A DNA stretch of 32,000 bases from Thalassolituus hydrocarboniclasticus (GCF_025345565.1 NZ_CP054475.1:2844006-2876005), one strand, 5' to 3'; positions 20,712-30,600 are shown, numbered from the stretch's first letter. Notes: generated by a model from the sequence alone, not told the origin. Program-made: numbers and translations.

Positions 20712-20908
20712 GTCACGTCTCCTGAATTCACAAAGGCCTGTTACCAGTATTACGGCCGTACGGAGAATTTCTTTAGCCTCTGATTTAACAGACGGCCATG
20801 CCCAGTATTCCATAAAAACGGCAAGACCTCGCCGGACGGCAACCTGTAACACCCCCGATTGCCGCTATAGATATTCTCAAAGTCCTTAGTATTCAATGAG
20901 TTAGGAAA

Positions 20909-20924
20909 TGGCACGCATTGTGCT
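20909..20924 (+). promoter_or_regulatory. Sigma-54 (RpoN) promoter candidate upstream of the TPR-methyltransferase gene
   Basis: TGGCACGCATTGTGCT: perfect -24 TGGCACG, 10 nt between GG and GC, -12 TGCT; 42 bp before the ATG at 20967. Confidence 0.82.
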
Positions 20925-20966
20925 GATAGCCGGATTGTCAGTGCATTTTTTAATGAGGCTTCAATT

Positions 20967-22985
20967 ATGGCTAGCGCACAACTACAGACCGTCGCCCGCA
21001 ACGGTACAGGTGAATACCGCCACCTGTATGAACTGGCGAGCAAGCTGTACAGCGATGCGGTCGCACAGCAGGATGAACACCTGCTGCAGGAAGCCTGTGC
21101 GCTGGCAGAAGCAGCACAGCAGCTGCGCCCCGACAACCTTGCCGGATTAAATCTTCTTGCCCGGATTGAATTACAGCAGCACCATCTGGCGGCCGCGGAA
21201 TACTGGGTAAACCGTGGTCTGGCACTTAAACCAGACAGCGCCAGCCTGCTGTACAGTGCAGGCCATATTGCGCTGAGCCAGCAACAGCTGGATAAAGCCG
21301 AGGATTATTTCACCCGCTCCAGCCGTATCTCACGGGTGGCCACTAAAGCAGCCAACTTTCTTGCCCACGTTAAATTATTACAGGGCGATTATGTTGAAGC
21401 ATTCCGTCATTATCGTGAACTGGTCAAAACCCAGTCACGCGACAAACAGATCCGCAGTAAATTATTTGAATCCGCCTCACAGGTTATTGCAGATTTTTAT
21501 TCGGAAGAGCTGGAACAGGATCTGTTACGCTACCTCGACTTTACTGATACCGATCACAGCCAGTTACGCAGCCTGACCACCTCACTGCTGAAACATAAAT
21601 TACGGCTATCTGAAGCCGGATGTCCGCTTGAGCTGGAAACCATTGCCAGCGATAACCTGCTGTTAAAATCCCTGACCCGTTTTTATTTTTGCGACCCGCT
21701 GATTGAACGTCTGCTGCTGACGCTGAGAAAATCATTGTTATTATCCTGCAGCAGCAATCTTGCAATAAAAAAAGACCTGCTACCTCTGGTAACTTCGCTG
21801 GCGCACCAGTGTTCGCTGAATGAGTCCGTATGGTATACAACTACTCAGGAAGAAGCTCTGGTACAGCAGTTGGAAATGCTGTGCAGTAAAATGCTGAACA
21901 TCGATGAATTACAGGCAACCGATATTTATCCGGCTATGCTGCTGGTGCAAATGTACAAGCCGCTAATTCATTGTGAGTTTTTTCAGGCACTGACTCAGAA
22001 GAAACTGCAATGGCCAAAAATGATGGATAGTCTGGTTCGTTCGGCAGTCACTGAACAGCAGAACCTGAGTCGCCTTCTTGATACCATTCCAACGATTGGC
22101 ATCTGCGCCGACAGTACCTCAAAGAAAGTTCAGCAACAGTATAATCAGAATCCTTATCCACGCTGGACCGATATCGGTTACAGCCAGCCGGGCAATTATA
22201 AAACTGCGCTACAGTCTGCTTTTCCACAACATGAACTTCTGCCCCAAACAGACAATGGAACCCTGAACATTCTGGTAGCAGGCTGCGGCACAGGCCGCCA
22301 TGCTATTCGCCTTGCGCAATATTTCACGCAGGTAAAAGTCAGCGCTCTGGACCTGAGCCATAGCGCACTGGCTTATGCCAAATATCAGGCGGAGAAACGC
22401 CACTGCCATAATATTCACTTTATGCAGGGTGATATTCTGCAACTTGATAATCTGCGTGAAACTTTTGACGTAATAGAGTGCTCAGGTGTTTTACATCATA
22501 TGCACTCCCCCATCACCGGTCTGCGGGCATTAGCACAACAGCTGAAATCCGGCGGCGTAATCAAAATTGCGCTTTACAGTGCCACTGCGCGCCAGAAAAT
22601 CAGTGAGCTGCGTAAACTCTGGGGAAATAAACTACCAGGGAAACCTGCAGAAATGCGTCTGATAAGGGAAGCTCTGCTGCAGGGGTCTATCGAAGGTGAT
22701 TGGAAAGAGATCTATAATTCACCGGATTTTTACAGCCTGAGCGCCTGTCGTGATCTGCTGTTTCATGAGCAGGAGCATGTGTTTGATGTACTGGAATTAG
22801 AAGACTTTCTGGCCGGAGCCGGACTGGAATGGATTGGCATGTTGCCACCGCCCGACTCGCAGGAATTACTCAGCCTTACAGGTAAACACAGCAGCCGGAT
22901 TAGCCCCGAAGAATGGCACACGCTGGAACAGAACAACCCGCAACTCTTTGCCGGCATGTACCAGTTTTATGCACGTAAGCCTTAA
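20967..22985 (+). CDS. TPR-repeat protein fused to a class I SAM-dependent methyltransferase domain; putative flagellar-locus modification enzyme
   Basis: N-terminal TPR-like helices (ALAEAAQQLRPDNLAGLNLLARIELQQHHLAAAEYWVNRGLALKPDSASLLYSAGHIALSQQQLDKAEDYFTRSSRI); C-terminal motif I LNILVAGCGTGRHAIRLAQYF, VSALDLSHSALAYAK, FDVIECSGVLHHMHSP. Confidence 0.9.
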   Translation: MASAQLQTVARNGTGEYRHLYELASKLYSDAVAQQDEHLLQEACALAEAAQQLRPDNLAGLNLLARIELQQHHLAAAEYWVNRGLALKPDSASLLYSAGHIALSQQQLDKAEDYFTRSSRISRVATKAANFLAHVKLLQGDYVEAFRHYRELVKTQSRDKQIRSKLFESASQVIADFYSEELEQDLLRYLDFTDTDHSQLRSLTTSLLKHKLRLSEAGCPLELETIASDNLLLKSLTRFYFCDPLIERLLLTLRKSLLLSCSSNLAIKKDLLPLVTSLAHQCSLNESVWYTTTQEEALVQQLEMLCSKMLNIDELQATDIYPAMLLVQMYKPLIHCEFFQALTQKKLQWPKMMDSLVRSAVTEQQNLSRLLDTIPTIGICADSTSKKVQQQYNQNPYPRWTDIGYSQPGNYKTALQSAFPQHELLPQTDNGTLNILVAGCGTGRHAIRLAQYFTQVKVSALDLSHSALAYAKYQAEKRHCHNIHFMQGDILQLDNLRETFDVIECSGVLHHMHSPITGLRALAQQLKSGGVIKIALYSATARQKISELRKLWGNKLPGKPAEMRLIREALLQGSIEGDWKEIYNSPDFYSLSACRDLLFHEQEHVFDVLELEDFLAGAGLEWIGMLPPPDSQELLSLTGKHSSRISPEEWHTLEQNNPQLFAGMYQFYARKP

Positions 22986-23005
22986 TTTCTCTGCAGCAAC
23001 AGGAA

Positions 23006-23683
23006 TTACAGCTGCCACTGTATCGGTGCTTCACCACGGGAAATAAGGTAATCGTTAATACGTGAAAACTGGTGATTCCCGAAAAATCCGCGGTGCGCGG
23101 ATAACGGTGAAGGATGCACCGACTTCAGCACCAGGTGTTTCTGCGGATCAATGACGGCACCTTTTTTCTGCGCATAACTGCCCCAGAGTACAAATACCAA
23201 CCCTTCTCGCTGTTCATTCAGTGCACGGATAGCCGCATCGGTAAATTGCTCCCAGCCTTTGCCCTGATGTGATCCGGCATTGGCCTGTTCCACCGTCAGC
23301 GTTGCATTCAATAATAAAACGCCCTGATCAGCCCACGGGGTCAGATCACCACTGCCACTCATATGCAGACCAAGGTCACCTTCAATTTCTTTAAAAATAT
23401 TCACCAGCGACGGTGGAATTTTTACCCCAGGCTGCACCGAAAAACTTAAACCATGAGCCTGCCCCGGACCGTGGTACGGGTCCTGACCAATAATCACCAC
23501 ACGCACCTGCTGAAAGGGCGTGTGATTAAAGGCATTAAAAATCTGCGGACCCGGTGGAAAAATAACCTTACCCGCCGCCTTCTCTGCCTTGAGAAATTCG
23601 CGCAGATTATGCATATAAGGCTGCTCCAGTTCAGAACCAAGCACTGCCTGCCAGGATGGATGTAATTCTCCGGCTTTTCCCAT
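23006..23683 (-). CDS. ung: Uracil-DNA glycosylase
   Basis: [49 protein letters not shown]. The ORF runs to 23734 but the likely start is ATG 23683. Confidence 0.98.
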   Translation of the reverse strand: MGKAGELHPSWQAVLGSELEQPYMHNLREFLKAEKAAGKVIFPPGPQIFNAFNHTPFQQVRVVIIGQDPYHGPGQAHGLSFSVQPGVKIPPSLVNIFKEIEGDLGLHMSGSGDLTPWADQGVLLLNATLTVEQANAGSHQGKGWEQFTDAAIRALNEQREGLVFVLWGSYAQKKGAVIDPQKHLVLKSVHPSPLSAHRGFFGNHQFSRINDYLISRGEAPIQWQL

Positions 23684-23742
23684 GATGAATATCCTTAAAA
23701 ACTGTCTGTTAACTGTCCGGGTTGTCTGTGGCAACAGGCCCT

Positions 23743-23772
23743 AACAAAACAGGCAGCCGAAGCTGCCTGTTG
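23743..23772 (-). terminator. Rho-independent terminator downstream of lysS
   Basis: Minus strand reads ACAGGCAGC-TTCG-GCTGCCTGT followed by TTTGTTA; 9 bp stem with UUCG tetraloop, about 20 bp after the lysS stop. Confidence 0.9.
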
Positions 23773-23790
23773 TTATCGTCTGCTCAGCGC

Positions 23791-25323
23791 TTAATCCACC
23801 AGAGGCTTCATGTGCGGGAACAGAATAACGTCTTTAATGGTGTGGCTGTTGGTAAACAGCATCACCAGACGGTCGATACCAATACCTTCACCAGCAGTTG
23901 GTGGCAGACCGTATTCCAGCGCGCGCACGTAGTCTTCGTCGTAGTGCATCGCTTCATCATCGCCGGCGTCTTTTTCTTCAACCTGCTTACGGAAACGGGC
24001 AGCCTGATCTTCGGCATCATTAAGCTCAGAGAAGCCATTGGCCAGCTCACGCCCGCCGACAAAGAATTCAAAGCGGTCGGTCACAAACGGGTTGTCGTCA
24101 TTGCGGCGCGCCAGTGGTGACACTTCCCACGGATATTCGGTAATAAAGGTCGGCTGATCCAGCTTCTCTTCGGCGGTGGCTTCAAAGATTTCACACACCA
24201 GCTTACCGGCACCCCAGCCTGCTTCTTTCGGCCCCAGATGAATACCCACGCTGCGGGCATACTCTTTCAGGGTTTCGATGTTGTTTTCAGCATCGCGCAG
24301 AACAGCCGCGTCCATTTCCGGATTATATTTGAGGATGGCATCGACCATGCTCATACGGGTAAATGGCTGGGCAAAGTCGTAGGTCGCATCGCCGTATTCC
24401 AGCGTAGTGGTACCCAGTACGCTTTCCGCCAGGAAGCGCAGCATGGCTTCCGTGGTATCCATCATATCGCGGTAATCGGCATAGGCCTGATAGAACTCGA
24501 TCATGGTGAATTCAGGATTGTGACGGGTGCTCAGACCTTCGTTACGGAAGTTACGGTTAATCTCGAACACGCGGTCAAAACCGCCCACCACCAGACGCTT
24601 CAGGTACAGCTCCGGTGCAATGCGCAGGAACATATCGATGCCCAGTGCATTGTGGTGGGTTTCAAACGGCTTGGCCGATGCACCACCGGGAATAGTTTGC
24701 AGCATCGGGGTTTCCACTTCCATAAAGCCGCGCTGCGACAGGAAGTAACGGATACCTTCAATAATTTTTGAGCGGATCAGGAAGGTACGGCGGGTATCTT
24801 CGTTAATGATCAGGTCAACGTAGCGCTGACGGTATTTCATTTCCTGGTCGGCCAGACCGTGGAATTTATCCGGCAGCGGACGCAGTGCCTTGGTCAGGAT
24901 GCGGAAGTTGCTGAGCTCGTCGATATCGACATACAGCTCGCCCTTGCCGGACAGGTGTAACGTACCGGAGCCGGCAACGATGTCACCCAGATCGAGCATC
25001 TGCCAGGCTTCGCTTTCTTTCTGCATGCCTTTGGCCATGTAAATCTGGATCGAGCCGGTGCTGTCCTGAATACCCACAAAAGGACCACCGCGACGCATCA
25101 CACGTCCGGCAACAGCAACACGGATACCGGCAGCAGCCAGTTCTTCCTGACTCTTGCTGCCGTGTTCGGCTTTCAGTTCACCGGCCAGATGTTCACGACG
25201 GAAATCGTTCGGGTGAGCATTTGATTTACAGTTGCTGCGCAGCTGTTCAAGCTTGGCACGGCGCTCGGCGATCAGTTTGTTCTCATCCTGAGCTGGCTGC
25301 TCGGTCACTTTGTTGTCTGTCAT
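23791..25323 (-). CDS. lysS: Lysyl-tRNA synthetase, class II
   Basis: Class II motifs: [16 protein letters not shown], [41 protein letters not shown]; full-length 510 aa. Confidence 0.99.
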   Translation of the reverse strand: MTDNKVTEQPAQDENKLIAERRAKLEQLRSNCKSNAHPNDFRREHLAGELKAEHGSKSQEELAAAGIRVAVAGRVMRRGGPFVGIQDSTGSIQIYMAKGMQKESEAWQMLDLGDIVAGSGTLHLSGKGELYVDIDELSNFRILTKALRPLPDKFHGLADQEMKYRQRYVDLIINEDTRRTFLIRSKIIEGIRYFLSQRGFMEVETPMLQTIPGGASAKPFETHHNALGIDMFLRIAPELYLKRLVVGGFDRVFEINRNFRNEGLSTRHNPEFTMIEFYQAYADYRDMMDTTEAMLRFLAESVLGTTTLEYGDATYDFAQPFTRMSMVDAILKYNPEMDAAVLRDAENNIETLKEYARSVGIHLGPKEAGWGAGKLVCEIFEATAEEKLDQPTFITEYPWEVSPLARRNDDNPFVTDRFEFFVGGRELANGFSELNDAEDQAARFRKQVEEKDAGDDEAMHYDEDYVRALEYGLPPTAGEGIGIDRLVMLFTNSHTIKDVILFPHMKPLVD

Positions 25324-25361
25324 GGTGTTACCCTAAAAATTAGATGATACGAAGCGTGTGG

Positions 25362-26457
25362 TTACAGGCCTTTTTTCAGGCTGGCTTCGATAAACTGGTC
25401 AAGATCGCCGTCCAGTACCGCCTGGGTATTACGGGTTTCAACCCCGGTACGCAGGTCTTTGATACGGGCATCGTCAAGCACGTAAGAACGGATCTGGCTG
25501 CCCCAGCCGATATCCGACTTGGTATCTTCCAGCGCCTGAGCCTCAGCATTACGCTTCTGCATTTCCAGCTCATACAGCTTGGCTTTCAGCTGCTTCATCG
25601 CCTGGTCTTTGTTCTTGTGCTGCGAACGGTCATTCTGGCACTGAGTCACGATACCGGACGGCATGTGGGTAATACGCACCGCCGATTCGGTCCGGTTAAC
25701 GTGCTGACCACCGGCACCGGAGGCGCGGTAAACGTCGATACGCAGGTCGGCCGGGTTAATCTCGATATCGATATTGTCGTCCACTTCCGGCGATACGAAC
25801 ACCGATGAGAATGACGTATGGCGACGGTTGCCGGAGTCAAACGGGCTCTTACGTACCAGACGGTGTACACCGGTTTCGGTACGTAACCAGCCATAGGCAT
25901 ATTCACCCTCGACGCGGATAGTAGCGCCTTTGATGCCCGCGACTTCGCCTTCAGACACTTCCATCAGCTCGCCTTTGAAGCCATGCGCTTCGATCCAGCG
26001 CAGGTACATACGCAGCATCATGTTCGCCCAGTCCTGGGCTTCAGTGCCGCCGGAGCCGGACTGGATTTCAACGTAGCAGTTGTTCGGGTCCAGTTCGCCG
26101 GAGAACATACGGCGGAATTCCAGCACTTCCAGTTCTTTCTGCAGGGCAGCCAGTTCGGCGCGGATATCTTCTACCGAGTTTTCGTCTTCTTCCTCAACGG
26201 CCATGTCCAGCAGGTCACGGGCGTCACTCAGGCCGGTATCCAGGGTATCAATGGTTTTGACCACATTTTCCAGAGCAGAGCGTTCTTTGCCCAGCTCCTG
26301 CGCGCGTTCCGGGTTATCCCAGACGTCGCCCTGTGACAGTTCCTGTTCTACTTCTTCCAGACGCTCAAGCTTGTTGGCGTAGTCAAAGATACCCCCTAAG
26401 CACGTCGGTGCGCGCTGTCAGGTCTTTGATGGTTTCGAGGATCGGATTAATTTCCAA
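25362..26457 (-). CDS. prfB: Peptide chain release factor 2, expressed through a +1 programmed frameshift
   Basis: Zero frame from TTG 26457: (M)[26 protein letters not shown](26385-26383), then +1 into [14 protein letters not shown]..., joining the 300 aa ORF that holds [17 protein letters not shown] and RF2 domain sequence. Confidence 0.95.
26382..26397 (-). promoter_or_regulatory. RF2 programmed +1 frameshift signal
   Basis: Minus strand AGGGGGTATCTTTGAC: SD-like AGGGGG, CTT slippery codon, TGA stop followed by C; the canonical prfB arrangement. Confidence 0.95.
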
Positions 26458-26714
26458 TGTAATACCCTGTTGTCATCCGGCAGACAGGCCGGTCGGAGTC
26501 AGTACGGCCAGCACTCAGGGCGCTGACGACAAAAAAGAGGCAGCATTTTACAGAAGTCAGGCGCCGGATGCGAGTGTGTTTCGGGGGGAGTCAGCGCAGC
26601 AAGACGGCTCAGCCGGGGCCTGAAGAACACAGCGGCTACAGGCAATGATTGACCATCCCGCTGTGGATGTTGCCACCGTTTATGGAACAGACAGGAAATA
26701 TACAATAAGGCTAT

Positions 26715-26762
26715 TGCAAATCCTTCGCATTAAGATTACATTGCAAATCAAACTGATTCGCA
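26715..26762 (+). promoter_or_regulatory. Duplicated Fur-box-like element upstream of bfd
   Basis: TGCAAATCCTTCGCA (26715-26729) and the near-palindrome TGCAAATC-AAACT-GATTCGCA (26742-26762), both of iron-box type, just before the bfd start. Confidence 0.5.
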
Positions 26763-26778
26763 TCCGGATTTGATTACC

Positions 26779-26973
26779 ATGTACGTATGTTTGTGCAAAG
26801 CCGTTACCCAACAACAGATTGAGCAGGCCGTCGAGCAAGGCGACAGCTACGCCCAGATCCGTCAGAAGCTGGGTGTTGGTACTGACTGCGGCTGCTGTGG
26901 CCAGAGCGCCAAGCAGATGATCCGTGAGCATACATCCCGCCTGCCGCCCTGCGAGTTCGCAGTAGCCAGCTGA
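26779..26973 (+). CDS. bfd: Bacterioferritin-associated ferredoxin, (2Fe-2S)
   Basis: MYVCLCKAVTQQQIEQAVEQGDSYAQIRQKLGVGTDCGCCGQSAKQMI: CxC...CxxC BFD-type cysteine pattern. Confidence 0.92.
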   Translation: MYVCLCKAVTQQQIEQAVEQGDSYAQIRQKLGVGTDCGCCGQSAKQMIREHTSRLPPCEFAVAS

Positions 26974-26993
26974 GAAAACTGACATTCAGATGC

Positions 26994-27024
26994 AAAAAAA
27001 GAGCGCCCTGGGCGCTCTTTTTTA
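26994..27024. terminator. Bidirectional Rho-independent terminator between convergent bfd and the SnoaL-like gene
   Basis: AAAAAAAGAGCGCCCTGGGCGCTCTTTTTTA: GAGCGCCC/GGGCGCTC stem with A-tract on the left and T-tract on the right. Confidence 0.93.
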
Positions 27025-27051
27025 TTGGCTGACAAGGACAACACTGAGCCT

Positions 27052-27489
27052 TTATCCGGCTGCCCGTACCGGACCATTTCCCCAGTCCTGAGCCATCTGA
27101 CGCTGCAGCCCGGCCAGATCGACCAGTGTATTCTGGCTGCAGACTCTGCCCCGGCGGATTTCCCAGGTAGACACTGCGCTGAAGCTAATCACTTTATTAT
27201 TGGGAGGAAAACCGAACAGGGGTTTCTGAAAGGAGCCGCTGAATGTCGATATCGTTATAACGCGATCATCTTCAGCCATGATGTCTTCAACCGACACATC
27301 AAGATCGGCAATCGAAGTGCGGATTTGTTTGACGTATTCAACGAAGGTATCAATGTCTTTAAAACCTTCGGCAAAGGTCGTGTGGTAAACAAAATCGGGA
27401 GTCGCAATCTGACGCAGCAAATTGAAACGGCCGGTATTCCAGGACAGATTAATAAAGTGTTCGACGAGTTGTTTGTTGCGCTCTGACAT
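27052..27489 (-). CDS. SnoaL-like / NTF2-fold protein (polyketide cyclase-like family), function unknown
   Basis: MSERNKQLVEHFINLSWNTGRFNLLRQIATPDFVYHTTFAEGFKDIDTFVEYVKQIRTSIADLDVSVEDIMAEDDRVITISTFSGSF...STWEIRRGRVCSQNTLVDLAGLQRQMAQ. Confidence 0.8.
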   Translation of the reverse strand: MSERNKQLVEHFINLSWNTGRFNLLRQIATPDFVYHTTFAEGFKDIDTFVEYVKQIRTSIADLDVSVEDIMAEDDRVITISTFSGSFQKPLFGFPPNNKVISFSAVSTWEIRRGRVCSQNTLVDLAGLQRQMAQDWGNGPVRAAG

Positions 27490-27630
27490 GGCGGATCCTT
27501 GCCTTACACAGTGAACATTCCTTTAAACAAGCCACTGTCAGCCTGCTTATCTATGTCTCGGACATTCTGGGTCACAGTGACGTAATTTTCCACTCTAATA
27601 TTTTGTAAGATATCTCGCACAACAATGCGC

Positions 27631-27653
27631 GATCACCCCGCTATGGAGTGATC
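27631..27653 (-). terminator. Hairpin just downstream of the fliD stop; weak terminator or mRNA 3' structure
   Basis: GATCACCCC (27631-27639) pairs with GGAGTGATC (27645-27653) with one mismatch; no clear U-tract on the minus transcript. Confidence 0.4.
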
Positions 27654-27658
27654 ACGGT

Positions 27659-30600
27659 TTATTTCTTGGAGTTATTCATTGCTTCAAACTGCTGCTTCAC
27701 ATAATCCAGAGTAGTATTAAGAGTGGAAATAATGGAGTCGTTGTACAGGAACTGGGCTTTAAGCCGCGCCTCCTGCGCAGAAATCCGCGCTTCCATACGG
27801 CTGCGATCTTCATCAACCGCTTCCAGTTCATCATCCAGCCCCGACTGTTTAACCCCGATGACACTCTTCTGGCCATTAAGGAAACTGTCCATAATATCTT
27901 TCAGTTGATCGCCGAAGCCGGTGATATAGGTCACACTGCCACGCTCGCCGACATTGCCACCGGTCACTTTCAGACGCAGACCGGAAGCATCATCGATCGT
28001 ACCCACCTGGTCTTTACCCGGCTCGCCATCACCCGCGCCCCGGACAAAACCAAAAACAGCAGCGGCTTCATTGGAAAAATCCATTATTTCAACAGACGAT
28101 GACGCACCGGTTGAAGCAGAAATAATGCCGAATTTATTATTGGCAAAGGATGCAGGGTCATCTGTAAATTCTACTTTTACAGCAATACTTTCATCTTTAA
28201 ATGCTGCGGTATCATTAATCGCCTGCTGCAGTGCCTGAGCCAGAGTTGCACCACTGTTGTAGGTCGCAGGCTGATTTAATGTTACTTCGGCTTCAACACC
28301 ATCGATCTTAATTTTAAAGGTGTTATTGGTTGCATCGATATTCACCGGGGTCGAAAAGTCCGCCGCTTCATTACCGATGTAATAGCCATTACTGGCTTTC
28401 ACATTACCATCTACCGCTCGCAGGAACTGGCCGCTACCCGTTGCTTCAATACCGTTGATGGTACCGGCAACGTCTTTGCCTTTAGCCGTTGATGGCGAGT
28501 ACTGACTGACATCCTGCAGGCCGAGGAAAGCGATGGATGAGCTGTCCAGTCCGGTAAAACCAACAGCTGTGCCCTGACCACCAATGGTGATATTCAGGGA
28601 GCCCAGATCTGATTCCGGATCGTAAACATAATCAACCACGGCATCCAGATCGTAGCCAAAGGTTCTGGAGGTGTCGGTCAGGCCGAGTCCGTCGTAACCA
28701 TTACTGACGGTTTCAGCCGCAAGGCCCAGCGAGCTTAGCGCTGTACCGCCAAGGTTTTTAATTTCCAGAGCGGCACCGGAGCCAAAGGTCGCAGCGGTTT
28801 TAACACCGTCTTTACTCTGGGTTTCAAAGTACAGCTGACCGCTGTCATCAACGCGGGCTTTCACATCTCCGGCAGCAAATTGCCCGGTCGCAGCCAGTGC
28901 CGTATCCAGCGCCTGCTGAATAACAATCAGATTAGAATCGGCATTATTACTGCCCGTTGTGCCATCACCGCTTACATCCACATTGATGTCGACGCCATCC
29001 AGTGTCAGGGTGAAGGTTGCATTCTGCCCGCCACTGAAATCAATACCGGCAGAAATATCGGCAAAACTGCTGCTTTGTGCACCACGGCCGTCGCTGACAA
29101 CTTCAATATATTCTTCGTGTCCGGTTGCTACCGTAGTTAATTTCAACCCGGTTCCGTCCAGACTGGCGCTGACCACACCTGCACCAAAAGCATTATCCAG
29201 GGCGGTCTGAATATCGACGATGTTGTCACCGGAGTCGCTGTTCACCAGCACATCTTTTTCCACACCCGACACATTCAGGCGGAAGCCGGCATTAGTCGCC
29301 GAAAAATCAATGTTGGTGCTGATATCACGGGTTGCCGTTGCAGTTTCCGCGCCTTTAACCGCACCGGCAAAATTAGCATCAGCGGCCAGCGTAATATTTA
29401 ACTGATTCTGAATCTCTGCCGCTAACGCATCGCCTGTTGCATAAGTACCGGCCGGAACAGATACCTTGGTGGCACTTTCGATACCATCGACCTGTACGTT
29501 AAATTCTACCGGTGAGCCAAAGGTCAGCCCCGGATCTTTACCGTTAGTCTGTACGCCCTGAGTACCATTAAGGCCCAGCTGCACATCCGAAGTATTAGTG
29601 CCAACCGCAGTCAGCTCAATACTGCGCGCCGTGCCTTCGGCCACGGTTTCAAAAATCAGATAGCCGTTGTCATCAAAGGACGCCGTTACCTGGCCATTCA
29701 GTGCGGTTGCATCAATAGCAGTCTGGATAGCCTGCAGGGTATCTTTCCTGTCACCAAATACCCCATCACCATTCAGATCCTGGCCATTGGCATTCTGATT
29801 AACCACAACAGCTACCGGACCATTACCATCAACGTCGAGAGAAAAGCTCGCGTTACTGACCGAAAAATTGATTCCGGTACTGGCAGAAACTGAGGTATTA
29901 CCAATCTGAGTAGTCGCACCTTTACCATTAAAAGCTTCGGCATTCAGCGTGGTCAGCTCGACGCCTTGATAGGTACCCTGACCAAGCTTATTAAAGCCCA
30001 GCGTGTTGGCCAGATTAGGATCGACAGCCGCAAAATACACCTGTGACTCGGAGCCGTATTTGTTTGAGGTAATGGAAAAGTTTTTATCCGTAGCACTGTA
30101 ATCAACCGAAACACTGTGCCCATATTTAGACAGGGTTTCACTGCTGTTAATCTGCAGCGCCAATTGCTTGGCCAGATCCTCACCAGAGCTGTAACTGCCA
30201 TGGGTCAGCTCAATACTGGCGGTCTGACCATTTACGTTAATACGGAAATTATCGTTGCTTTCATCAATCACAACCGGCGAAGAAAAATCCAGCGAAGACA
30301 GTGATCCACCAACGTATTTAGCCTGACTCGCTAATTGAGTAATATTGACGTCATAGGTGCCCGGCTTGGTATTAATCGAGTCGTTGACATAAGTAATCTG
30401 GCTGTCGGTGGTGGTACCGGATTTAGCCAGCAGGCCCACAATAGACGCCCGGTCTTCTGTCATCGCTTTTTTGAATTTGGCCGTATTAAAATCCAGCTGG
30501 TAGTCATTATCCCGGTTGGTATCAACCCCCAGCTCGGTCAGTGAGCGGTATTTACCGGTTAAGCCAACGATAGGTTCGCTGATCATCGCGCGGATCTGCG

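Noticed and set aside
20712-20852. 47 aa N-terminal extension of the fliS ORF
   Set aside because: The FliS family N-terminus matches MYKSGAQQYQQ at 20711; upstream residues are unrelated and lie in the divergent promoter region.
27025-27486. 153 aa plus-strand ORF opposite the SnoaL-like gene
   Set aside because: The minus-strand product has a clear NTF2/SnoaL-like pattern and a strong terminator just downstream. The plus-strand ORF begins immediately after that terminator and lacks recognisable motifs.
28040-30289. Possibility that the fliD repeats are an assembly artefact or recent nucleotide duplication
   Set aside because: The modules are related only at the protein pattern level and are highly divergent in nucleotide sequence, with one uninterrupted frame.
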